From a virus (Duplodnaviria > Caudoviricetes), in the IMG/VR virus record IMGVR_UViG_3300033485_000635, positions 1 through 45,282 of that record: 45,282 nt of DNA, one strand, 5' to 3'. The notes under the pieces are model-generated. The model did not search any database and had not been told where the DNA came from. It saw nothing but the letters and a program-made list of their open reading frames with translations. The translations under genes and the position numbers were made by a program. Numbering within the stretch: the stretch's first letter is position 1; the number at the start of each line of letters is the position of its first letter. This document shows, piece by piece, positions 27,505 to 37,000 of this stretch.

Positions 27505-28246
27505 TCTCTTCGCCCTTTTGACGCCGCGTCTTACCATCATAGGATAGATTATGGAACATACCCATCGGGTTAGTTTCGCCGCGGATATGATAGCGACCAA
27601 TTGGAAACATATAGATCGGCGGACCTTCCGCTGTTTGACCGTTGTGCTCGAACTCCCAGCGCTTCCATTTAGCATGAAAGTAAACATCATCACCGCGTCG
27701 GGTAATAGGATGGTAGCCGACCAAGCTGTGCCTGGGATCGTAGCCACCAAGCTCATCAAAGATAGATTTCCTAATGACAAAGGTATTCTGATGTACGGAG
27801 GCATATAGGCCGCGGCCGATTTCTAGGCGTATGGGGTCAAAGCCATACTGGATTAGGGTATCAATGTCCTGGGTAAGCGTGCCGTCTTCGAGCAGTACAC
27901 CAAAAAAGCGCCTAAATAGCATATAGTCACCAGTGTACGCGCGCGCAGCCATGATAGCTTCTTTAGATATGATGTGATCTATATCTGTCATGAAGAGATA
28001 TTCACCAGTAGCCTTGCTTGCGCCTAGGTTGCGCCCTATACCCTGCGTCCAGGCCAGGGTGTTGTGTGTAGGATAGATAGCAAAGTTTGGTAAGCTATCG
28101 TATGGAGCGGTAATCGGCGGATCACTGCCATCATCCACGAAAATGATCTCTACGTCCTTGGGAAGATGCATGTTGCGGAAGTGTAAGTACTGGCGACGTA
28201 CTACTTCATAGGATTGATAAATGCTGATAACAATGCTTACTTTCAT
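27491..28246 (-). CDS. GT-A glycosyltransferase (GT2 with GT7C-like C-terminus)
   Basis: VSIVIS, FVDDGS, GRNLGA..ATGEYLFMTDID, FDELGGYD, GDD. Confidence 0.88.
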   Translation of the reverse strand: MKVSIVISIYQSYEVVRRQYLHFRNMHLPKDVEIIFVDDGSDPPITAPYDSLPNFAIYPTHNTLAWTQGIGRNLGASKATGEYLFMTDIDHIISKEAIMAARAYTGDYMLFRRFFGVLLEDGTLTQDIDTLIQYGFDPIRLEIGRGLYASVHQNTFVIRKSIFDELGGYDPRHSLVGYHPITRRGDDVYFHAKWKRWEFEHNGQTAEGPPIYMFPIGRYHIRGETNPMGMFHNLSYDGKTRRQKGEENAAN

Positions 28247-28473
28247 GTTGGCTTCTGTATAGGCTCATCAGACCACTCACAAATGGCAAGTCTACTAGCA
28301 GGTTGAAGAAGATCGTCACCTATAAGACAAATAATCATTTCCCCATCATCAAACCACATCTCGCAAATGTCGCCACTACCACCAGCATCATCTGATCGAA
28401 ATGTATCACCCGGTGTATTGTAGGTCACCCAATAAAATCCAGGCTTGGTTGGTTTCTGTTTAGTCCATTTCAT
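28243..28473 (-). CDS. small phage hypothetical protein (76 aa)
   Basis: W....PTKPGFYW start and EWS..PI..P end; ATGA-coupled to the GT. Confidence 0.65.
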   Translation of the reverse strand: MKWTKQKPTKPGFYWVTYNTPGDTFRSDDAGGSGDICEMWFDDGEMIICLIGDDLLQPASRLAICEWSDEPIQKPT

Positions 28474-28477
28474 TATG

Positions 28478-29272
28478 TTATACCTTTCTACATAAGAATT
28501 GTGGATACTTCTCTAGCCATACGGGTAAGGCACGCGGCGCGTCATCTGACATATCTACTATCTGCATTTGCTGCCGCCAGCCGCCGCGATTGTATAAGTC
28601 AGTTCGACCAGCTACCTTAGCAGCTAGCTCCTCGTCTGTACCCAATTTATGCAACACATTATGTGATTCAGCAATATTCTCCGCTTTCAAGCGGATACGA
28701 ACCGGGTCCGCACCAAGATAGCTATAATGCCAGCCACCGTTCTCGCGCTCATTGCGGTAGCGGTGCAGTTTGAGAAAGTCACGCATCTGCTGCGGCTGGT
28801 CAAATGTACCGTAGTTGGCTACCACGGAGCCGCGCCAGGTCTGATTGAGTCTGCAATTGACATAATAGTAGAACATCTGCTGGCGCAAGACAATCCAATT
28901 TGTCTCGGCAGAGTATGATAAGACGGTATTTATATTAGGGATTTCATCAGCGTCCGAAACAATGATTTTATCGCCTGGGTTGGCTAGACCGTCTAGACCG
29001 CGCATAATGCAGTTGCGTTGAAAGTTCTCAGCAACCCAGATATTGTCTAGAGAATAGTCCGGTAGATCGGTCACCTTTACGTAGATGAGCCTGTCCAGCC
29101 ACGGCTTGTATAAGTCCAAGTGTTGTTCCAGAACAAATTCTTTGGGCTTGCCAGTGTGTGTCTTGTTGGCCTCTACTATTATAAAGTAATCCACAACATC
29201 GCCTAGCTCCATCATGCGCAGCTCGACTACCTCTATTTCGTTGAAGAACTGGATACAGTCAAAGATTTTCAT
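28478..29272 (-). CDS. GT17-like glycosyltransferase (beta-1,4-GlcNAc transferase family)
   Basis: IFDCIQFFNE....LR..EL..VVDYFIIVEA..THTGKPK, ENFQRN, IVSDADEIP, GGWHYSY. Start ATG 29272 by ATGA overlap. Confidence 0.88.
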   Translation of the reverse strand: MKIFDCIQFFNEIEVVELRMMELGDVVDYFIIVEANKTHTGKPKEFVLEQHLDLYKPWLDRLIYVKVTDLPDYSLDNIWVAENFQRNCIMRGLDGLANPGDKIIVSDADEIPNINTVLSYSAETNWIVLRQQMFYYYVNCRLNQTWRGSVVANYGTFDQPQQMRDFLKLHRYRNERENGGWHYSYLGADPVRIRLKAENIAESHNVLHKLGTDEELAAKVAGRTDLYNRGGWRQQMQIVDMSDDAPRALPVWLEKYPQFLCRKV

Positions 29273-29880
29273 TTTACATAGAACCATGTCTTGTTCTTGT
29301 TATTAGTTAGGACAAACCAGGGTGCAATACGCATCGCGCGCGTCCAGCTGGTAACAGCTTCCGCAACATTCATTTCGTACCAATGGCGCGATGTACTCCA
29401 CCAGTCATCAAAGTCATGACCAGCCACAATGCCCCCAGTGTGAACCTTGCGTGACCATTGAGCTATGTCCCAGACTGTGTTCTCAAAAGAGTGGTTGCCA
29501 TCCACGTATACAAAGTCCAGAGAGTTGTCCGCAAATGCCTTTACAGCATTTTCGCTATAATCGCGGATCAGTGTACAGCCGCTGTAATGACTGGTGTTAG
29601 CAACGGCTAGATCATACGCCTCTGTAACACGCTGTGGATCAATACTATAGCCGGGATATGCTGTCCACGGATCGACGGCATAGAGCTTCAAGCCGGGAAT
29701 ATAATGCATCAACTTAGCTGAGTACTCACCGCGAAATACACCTATCTCTACACCCACCTTGAAGCCTAACTCACTTAGTAATATCGGAAAGTCCTTACGT
29801 CTGCCGATCGGTATATAGATCGGTGACGGCTGACTGAGGTCTATATTATACTTATTGACAATATAATCAAGTGTATTCAT
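29269..29880 (-). CDS. class I SAM methyltransferase (Methyltransf_24-like), paralogue 3
   Basis: GVEIGVFRG, VDPW, DNSLDFVYVDGNH, W.RKV..GGIVAGHD. Confidence 0.88.
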   Translation of the reverse strand: MNTLDYIVNKYNIDLSQPSPIYIPIGRRKDFPILLSELGFKVGVEIGVFRGEYSAKLMHYIPGLKLYAVDPWTAYPGYSIDPQRVTEAYDLAVANTSHYSGCTLIRDYSENAVKAFADNSLDFVYVDGNHSFENTVWDIAQWSRKVHTGGIVAGHDFDDWWSTSRHWYEMNVAEAVTSWTRAMRIAPWFVLTNNKNKTWFYVK

Positions 29881-30509
29881 CTTTGGAACCACATCCATAT
29901 ACTATTATCGGCTAACACAAACCAGGGTCCAATACCATAAGCTGAGGTCCAGCCGCGCACCACATCTTTGCAGTGGACTACTAAATGCGGGTGATTATGA
30001 CGTGCGTAATCATGACCGGACACAATACCGCCAGGGCGTACTTTCTTGGACCAGTAAGCTATATCCTGGGTGCAGTGCAGAAAGTCATGCGCGGCGTCAA
30101 TATAGACAAAGTCCAACGAGCCGTCTGCAAAATCAGCAGCAGCATCTATACTCCATTTACGAATCAGAGTGCAGTTATAAGGGGCTAGGCGCGCGCGGGC
30201 TTGCTCATAGTTGCTATCAAATCTTGACTGGTCAGTATAGCCTAGAATATCAGTATAGCCAGGATAAACGGTCCAGGCATCAATGCCATAGAGTTTCAGA
30301 TCAGGGATGGTTTGGCAAAGTAGCTCTGAAAAATGCCCATACTGCACGCCGATTTCTGCACCAACCTTGAAGTTGAGTTCCCTAAATAAGTTAGCTAGTT
30401 CTTGCTTACCAGCATTAGGCACGTAGATAGGCATTCTTGCGTTAGTGTCTAACTTATATTGCCCAACGAAGTAGTCTAGTGTATTAGTTATTGTACTTGG
30501 TTGATCCAT
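29877..30509 (-). CDS. class I SAM methyltransferase (Methyltransf_24-like), paralogue 2
   Basis: GAEIGVQYG, IDAW, DGSLDFVYIDAAH, WSKKVRPGGIVSGHDY. Confidence 0.88.
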   Translation of the reverse strand: MDQPSTITNTLDYFVGQYKLDTNARMPIYVPNAGKQELANLFRELNFKVGAEIGVQYGHFSELLCQTIPDLKLYGIDAWTVYPGYTDILGYTDQSRFDSNYEQARARLAPYNCTLIRKWSIDAAADFADGSLDFVYIDAAHDFLHCTQDIAYWSKKVRPGGIVSGHDYARHNHPHLVVHCKDVVRGWTSAYGIGPWFVLADNSIWMWFQR

Positions 30510-31108
30510 AGCCAGCTCCAGCCTGAAGCATCGTCATCCAAGATAAACCAGGGGTGTATGCGGTAAGCTGCTGTCCACGCGTTAACTACGTACTTAGTAT
30601 GAACATATCTATATGTCATATGACCTTCGCCGTAGTCATGTCCCGAAATCAGACCACCGAGACGCACTTTCTTGCTCCACTCGGCTATGTCATTAGTAAC
30701 GTATTGGAAACGATGATCAGCATCGATAAAGACAAAGTCAAGAGAGCCATCGCGAAAGTCGGCCAGCGCGTCCATGCTCTTCTTACGAATGATGGTTGAG
30801 TTGGGATATACAGATAGTCTCTGTTTAGTAGCTTGATATATCTTTTCGTGCTCACGCGCGCCGCGCATTCTTTTGTGCTCGTATACTTGCCATGGATCAA
30901 TAGAGTAGATATGCACTTCGGGAAGCTCGCGGCATAATATTTCCGAGAATTCACCCTTTAGAACACCAATTTCTGCGCCGGATTTATAACCTAGTTCCCT
31001 ACATAAACTGGGATAGTCTACAGGTTTATAGAACTTGATCGTAAACGGCGACGGCTGCGCAAGGTCTATATGATACTTGTTAACAATATGAGCTACGGAA
31101 TCAAGCAT
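30488..31108 (-). CDS. class I SAM methyltransferase (Methyltransf_24-like), paralogue 1
   Basis: GAEIGVLKG, IDPW, DGSLDFVFIDADH, WSKKVRLGGLISGHDY. Confidence 0.88.
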   Translation of the reverse strand: MLDSVAHIVNKYHIDLAQPSPFTIKFYKPVDYPSLCRELGYKSGAEIGVLKGEFSEILCRELPEVHIYSIDPWQVYEHKRMRGAREHEKIYQATKQRLSVYPNSTIIRKKSMDALADFRDGSLDFVFIDADHRFQYVTNDIAEWSKKVRLGGLISGHDYGEGHMTYRYVHTKYVVNAWTAAYRIHPWFILDDDASGWSWLWINQVQ

Positions 31109-32048
31109 TAGCAATATACTCCAGTAGTTTAGTAGCGCGTACTCGATTGGTATGGTACTTCTTTAGCCATTCATAACCAGCAAGTCGTATACGATCAACG
31201 TCGTCCGGGTGGTCTAGTAGAAATCGTAGTTTGCCCCGCAAGTCCTTAGAAGTATCAAAAATTATTGCTGTTTCACCATCAATAAATGGATGATCAATAG
31301 CTATCTTGGGACGCTGGGCCAGTAACATAGCACCATGCGCTGGGACTTCATAGTAGCGCACCGTATCGTGACCGAAGCCGTATAAGCTAAGACCGATCCT
31401 AGCTTTCAGAAGTTCAGCAGAGTATGTCTGCTGCGACATAGATACTCGGCGCGGAGTTATACCACTTACTTCTTCAAAAGCGCGTAGGCAGTCCTTGCGA
31501 TAGCTGTTTAAAGAACCTGCAAAGAACGCCGGAATAGTCCTCTCGGTATTGATGTCAGCTGGGATGTATTTCTCAGAGTACGAAAAGTTCAATGGTAAAA
31601 TATGATGGAAGCGCATGTGCCGACCGCGATATTCACGCTTGAAGCACAGCCGCGCGTTTAGATCAGTCCATAGTTTGTTATTAATACCTACAAGATCACC
31701 CATGTCAACTAGATATACCGGGGTAGTTACTGACTTTTTCTTCAAAAGATCATAGAACCTATCATAGTCTATACCCTTTGTCCTAAAGTCATATTCCGTA
31801 CCGCAGCCAACTAGAATAGCATCAAACGCATCATTGCCGAGCATGTATTCCTTTTCAGTATCCGTTGCAATAATCGGCCAGTCAAACATACAGGGATAAC
31901 GGCGATAGCGGATTGATTCCCCACCATGCAGGGATGGCTTATAAGGGTATTCTAGAACATTATCTGGGCCAAGTACACGGCATAGACCATCAAAAAGAGT
32001 ATCTTCACCATGATCTGAAACAGCCCTAGTACAGAACAGGATTTTCAT
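31101..32048 (-). CDS. GT-B glycosyltransferase (CgeB / Glyco_trans_1_2-like)
   Basis: FKRE, FFAG....R, Y..EL.KARIGLS..G.G.DTVRYYEVPA.G.ML, FIDGET, IR.AG.....KYHT...RA. Confidence 0.8.
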   Translation of the reverse strand: MKILFCTRAVSDHGEDTLFDGLCRVLGPDNVLEYPYKPSLHGGESIRYRRYPCMFDWPIIATDTEKEYMLGNDAFDAILVGCGTEYDFRTKGIDYDRFYDLLKKKSVTTPVYLVDMGDLVGINNKLWTDLNARLCFKREYRGRHMRFHHILPLNFSYSEKYIPADINTERTIPAFFAGSLNSYRKDCLRAFEEVSGITPRRVSMSQQTYSAELLKARIGLSLYGFGHDTVRYYEVPAHGAMLLAQRPKIAIDHPFIDGETAIIFDTSKDLRGKLRFLLDHPDDVDRIRLAGYEWLKKYHTNRVRATKLLEYIANA

Positions 32049-32584
32049 TGCTTGATACACTCGTATTCCATAAGAAGCGCATTACCATGAGTAAATACTT
32101 CCTCAGCTGCTATAATATCAAAGTATTGACATAGTGCATCTTCAATTAGATCACAGCCAAAGTAATACTGTTGATTGGATTTCCAGTCAGCTGGGCCTTC
32201 TACATCACCAGTCCATACGAATAACAATAAGGTTCCATTATGCTTTAGCACCCTGGCGTACTCACTAATTACCTTGCTTACATCGATAGAAGGGATATGA
32301 TCCAGGGTTGATAGGTCTAATACTACGTCATAGATGGAGTCATCGTATGGCAGGCTACGAATATCGCCCTGGCGTATACGTATGTCTGGGAAGCGCTCCT
32401 TGAATCTTTGAATTACCCTTTCATCGTACTCGATGATGTCTATTGTACCGGGAATTTTATCGACAATCGGCTGTCTCTTTGTCTCATTATTGGCATCAGT
32501 CTTTAGGACCATGTAGCCTGGTTTGACTACCCGCTGGCATTCACTGATATAGTATAGGCCAAGGTTACCCCATTTTCTAGACAT
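32045..32584 (-). CDS. class I SAM methyltransferase (Methyltransf_11-like)
   Basis: QGDIRSLPYDDSIYDVVLDLSTLDHI...EYARVLKHNGTL; atypical motif I (LKTD). Confidence 0.8.
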   Translation of the reverse strand: MSRKWGNLGLYYISECQRVVKPGYMVLKTDANNETKRQPIVDKIPGTIDIIEYDERVIQRFKERFPDIRIRQGDIRSLPYDDSIYDVVLDLSTLDHIPSIDVSKVISEYARVLKHNGTLLLFVWTGDVEGPADWKSNQQYYFGCDLIEDALCQYFDIIAAEEVFTHGNALLMEYECIKQ

Positions 32585-33080
32585 CACCGCGCCTCAGTAT
32601 CATTATCCTGCGGTTGTGCAAGCGATCTAGCTGCATAATCGGAGTAATGCGTACATTTTGATCTAATATATACCCGGATAGCATTCTGGTAATGTCTTCA
32701 ATGTAAATTGCATAGCGCTCAATGGTTTCTAGCACTATGTACTGTGGATGACACTTATCTACTATACGAGATATTGACTGACTGATGTTAGCGTTATCTT
32801 TACCGTTATGACCAAATACAAGTAGAATATCACAGCGATCTACTTGATCAGCCATCTCAGCATCGGTAATATGATAGAAAGTGATGGCGCGTGGGCGATC
32901 CTCATGGTCCAAGATGTCATTGCCGATGTATTCGGCGTATGTATAAGGTAGATAATGCCATAGACGCGCTTGTAGACAGTCTAGGTCTACGATAACCTTA
33001 TTGGGTACCTTGTCCCATAGGTAGCCAGCTACAAAGAGCATACGGTAGTCGGTTTCTGGACCGAGGTATTCCCAAGTCAT
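32577..33080 (-). CDS. divergent methyltransferase-like Rossmann protein
   Basis: IVDLDC...L......YIGND...DILLVFG...YIVLE strand order; glycine motif degenerate. Confidence 0.5.
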   Translation of the reverse strand: MTWEYLGPETDYRMLFVAGYLWDKVPNKVIVDLDCLQARLWHYLPYTYAEYIGNDILDHEDRPRAITFYHITDAEMADQVDRCDILLVFGHNGKDNANISQSISRIVDKCHPQYIVLETIERYAIYIEDITRMLSGYILDQNVRITPIMQLDRLHNRRIMILRRGDV

Positions 33081-33988
33081 TATACGGGTTCCCTATAGCC
33101 GAGCTTCTCACGCCAGTTTTCGGGCCAACCGGGCATGGGCATGAATTTGTCTATCAACCAATCGAAGTTGTGGACGCGGTTCTTCAGCTCGCGATTGTTG
33201 AACCAGAAGTCCCAGCTATACTTATAGCTTCTACGACAGTCACGCACGTCCATATAGTACATGCGACCGTACTTGGGGCCTTTGTGCAAGTGAGCGTACC
33301 ATGTATTCTTGTTTACTTTGCATTGCCCGCCAGTCATCCAAGTCTTAAAGCTCACCTCCTCCGCTTCCTGACCCCAGCCAGTATAACCTTCTACTTGCAT
33401 AAAGCCGCAACGCTCGAACCATGCCTTAGTCATAAACCAGCACGAGCCCTGAAATGTAATGATATCATCTATAGGGATACTCATGTTCTCCAGCGTACGC
33501 TCATCCCACTTGAAGCCATGAAAGGCTGGGCCGTCACCCTTAGCTGGATTGATAAATTTGTTAGGCCAGATCAAATGTTCATAGTCAATGGGCGGGCGAG
33601 CGTCACACTGGTCCTGTAAGCACCAGTTCTCAGCATCCAGACGGTTGCGGCGCGGAACCTGCACCCAGTCGGGCTGGTGGTCGCGCAATAGGACTTCGTC
33701 AAAGCCGGGAGCCATCATGCAGTGTGCATCCAAGGACATGATATGGTCGCCAGTACCGATTTCTGCTACTAGGTTAATCGCCTGGCGCTTCTTGGCATAC
33801 TTGGTAGGTGGGAATTTGATATAGTGGACGCGCGGATCATCTACTACTTCTTTGGGGGGTAGTTCGTAGCCATCTAGTACGGGATAGACGTTGATGTTGC
33901 CAGTAGCTTTAGCTAATACATCACATGTGGTCTGGTATAAGAAGCGTTCGGTTTTGGATGGAATAACGATATCTAGGGAGCTGGACAT
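33080..33988 (-). CDS. ppGalNAc-T-like (GT27-like / GT2) protein O-glycosyltransferase candidate
   Basis: Start ATG 33988 (AGAAAGGA SD). LDIVIPS, MSLDAHC (DxH), FQGSCWFMTKAWF, GWGQEAEEVSFKTWMTGG...WYAHLHK. First gene downstream of the 1387-aa Ser/Pro protein. Confidence 0.85.
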   Translation of the reverse strand: MSSSLDIVIPSKTERFLYQTTCDVLAKATGNINVYPVLDGYELPPKEVVDDPRVHYIKFPPTKYAKKRQAINLVAEIGTGDHIMSLDAHCMMAPGFDEVLLRDHQPDWVQVPRRNRLDAENWCLQDQCDARPPIDYEHLIWPNKFINPAKGDGPAFHGFKWDERTLENMSIPIDDIITFQGSCWFMTKAWFERCGFMQVEGYTGWGQEAEEVSFKTWMTGGQCKVNKNTWYAHLHKGPKYGRMYYMDVRDCRRSYKYSWDFWFNNRELKNRVHNFDWLIDKFMPMPGWPENWREKLGYREPV

Positions 33989-34004
33989 TGCATTTTCCTT
34001 TCTA

Positions 34005-37000
34005 TTAACCATTTATAATACTTCTTCCGAAAATTGTCGAATGGACGCCGTTAGCTGAAATAATAGGTACTAGGACTAACCCAGCCGATGGTGATACCGA
34101 TGGTGATTCAGAGACGCTAGGGCTTAGGGATGGGCTAATGCTAGGTGATTCAGAGATACTTGGCGACAGGGATGGTGATACGGATGGCGACTCAGAGACA
34201 CTAGGTGATAGTGATGGTGATTCACTGGGACTCTCAGATACCGATGGTGACAGTGATGGGCTTACTGAAATAGACTCTGACGGCGACTCAGAAACAGATG
34301 GGCTAATACTAGGTGATTCAGATACAGATGGTGATAGAGATGGCGATTCAGACGGTGACTCTGATGGGCTTTCACTTATCGACGGTGATAGTGATGGTGA
34401 AACTGAAGGCGACTCAGATGGTGATTCACTGGCACTTGGGCTCAGTGATGGTGATTCAGATACTGATTCAGACGGAGATTCGCTAGCACTTGGTGATAAT
34501 GATGGTGATTCACTTATAGACTCAGATGGTGATTCACTTACTGAAGGCGAAAGAGACGGGCTAACTGATACAGATTCACTCGGCGATTCTGATATAGATG
34601 GCGACAGCGATGGCGACAGCGATGGCGATTCGCTAGGGCTCTCAGATACACTCTCGGATGGTGATTCACTTACACTTGGTGATAGTGATGGCGACTCTGA
34701 TACTGACTCACTTGGTGATTCACTTACCGATGGTGACGCAGATGGTGATTCCGATATACTTGGACTAAGAGATGGCGATTCAGATACGGATGGTGATAGT
34801 GATGGCGACTCTGATACTGACTCACTTGGTGATTCGGATACACTGGGTGATAAGGATGGTGATTCACTTATAGACTCAGATGGCGACTCACTTACTGAAG
34901 GCGAAATCGATGGCGATTCACTAACCGACTCAGATGGCGACTCAGAAATTGACTCACTAACCGATTCAGATGGCGACTCACTTACTGAAGGTGAAATCGA
35001 TGGCGATATCGATGGCGATTCAGATATAGATGGTGACAGGGATGGTGATATAGACGGCGATTCAGATGACACCCCTATCGATGGACTTACCGATGGTGAT
35101 TCGGATATCGATTCTGACGGGCTTTCAGATAGGGATGGTGATAAGGATGGTGATTCGCTAATCGATGGTGAGAGCGATGGGCTCTCGGAAAGTGATTCTG
35201 ACGGTGACTCACTTATCGACGGTGATAGGGACGGTGATATAGATACCGATTCCGATGGACTTTCACTTATCGACGGTGATAGGGACGGTGATTCACTAAG
35301 GCTCTCAGACGGCGAGATGCTTACGGATGGTGAGAGCGATGAGCTCTCGGAAAGTGATTCTGACGGTGACTCAGATGGGCTTTCAGACGGCGATTCAGAC
35401 GGTGATTCCGAAACCGATGGTGATAGGGACGGTGACTCACTTACTGATTCTGACGGGCTTTCGCTTATGGATGGCGAAAGTGACGGCGAGACTGATACAC
35501 TTTCACTTGGACTTTCACTTATAGACGGCGATAGAGATGGTGACTCAGATGGGCTTACACTAGGTGATTCGGATATTGATGGTGACAGTGATGGACTAAC
35601 ACTAACACTAGGGCTAAGTGATGGGCTTACACTGGGCGATTCCGAAACCGATGGGGAGAGCGATGGTGACTCTGAGATACTTGGTGAAAGAGATGGGCTT
35701 TCAGACGGCGATTCAGACGGAGATTCTGATATAGATGGTGATATACTGGGCGAAACACTTACTGACGGGCTCAGGGATGGTGATTCGCTTACTGATGGAG
35801 ATACCGATGGCGATTCGGATACAGATGGACTAACTGACGGGCTAACCGATGGTGATTCACTAATGCTAGGAGACAGTGATGGTGATGCCGAAGGTGATTC
35901 GGATGCCGATCCTATTGATGGGCTTACCGACGGTGATTCGGATACTGATTCTGATGGACTTTCGCTTGGGCTTTCCGAGATACTGGGCGATAGTGATGGT
36001 GATATACTGGGTGATTCAGACAGCGATTCGGATACACTTGGACTTAGTGATGGGCTCTCGGATACTGATTCAGATGGGCTTTCACTAACAGATTCACTTG
36101 GGCTCTCGGATACGGATGGCGACAGACTAGGTGAAACACTAATGCTTTCAGATGGTGATTCACTCGCCGATGGCGACAGTGAAGGACTAACACTAACCGA
36201 TTCGGAAGGTGATTCCGAAATAGATTCGCTTGGGCTTTCACTGATTGACGGTGATAGGGATGGCGACTCGGACGGCGATTCCGATGGGCTAACACTCACT
36301 GATGGGCTCAGTGAAGGTGACTCACTTGGACTTTCACTTGGGCTTTCCGAAACAGATGGTGATAGTGAAGGTGACTCGCTTACTGATGGTGATAGCGATG
36401 GAGATTCAGATAGGCTTTCACTCGGGCTTTCAGAGATAGATGGACTTAGTGATGGTGACTCGCTTATTGATTCAGATGGGCTCTCGCTAATACTTGGTGA
36501 TAGGGACGGCGAGACCGATATGGATTCAGACGGGCTTTCACTCGGTGATTCTGATATGCTGGGTGAGAGTGACGGACTTACCGAAGGCGACTCACTAATA
36601 CTTTCTGATGGGCTCTCGGAAACAGATGGCGATAGACTTGCGCTTGGGCTTAGTGAAGGTGACTCACTGGGTACTTCACCCCAGTCTATGTGCCAGTAGT
36701 TGGTACGTAGGGTGATGCCAGGTTCCTCTGACGGCGACACCGAAGGAGATTCGCTTACTGAAGGCGATAGTGATGGCGAGACAGATATCGATTCTGACGG
36801 AGATTCGCTAACCGATGGGCTTAGTGATGGCGAGACAGATATCGATTCTGACGGAGATTCGGATATACTTTCAGATGGTGATTCGGATACACTGGGTGAG
36901 AGAGATGGTGATTCACTAGGACTTTCACTGGGCGATTCTGAAATACTTGGGCTGAGTGACGGGCTCTCAGATACAGATTCGCTTGGGCTCTCAGAAACAG

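Noticed and set aside
27505-27804. 100-aa N-terminal extension of the radical SAM ORF
   Set aside because: It overlaps the GT gene in another frame; ATG 27504, just before the CxxxCxxC motif, is the likelier start. Several other track starts were shortened likewise (4626, 26463, 29287, 29898, 31114, 32060, 32587, 34012, 43973).
24646-33988. GT/MTase cluster as DNA hypermodification or O-antigen conversion
   Set aside because: No base hydroxymethylase, DNA-MTase motifs, GtrA/B-like flippase or membrane GTs were seen. The genes are soluble-type and embedded in the virion operon. Disfavoured rather than excluded.
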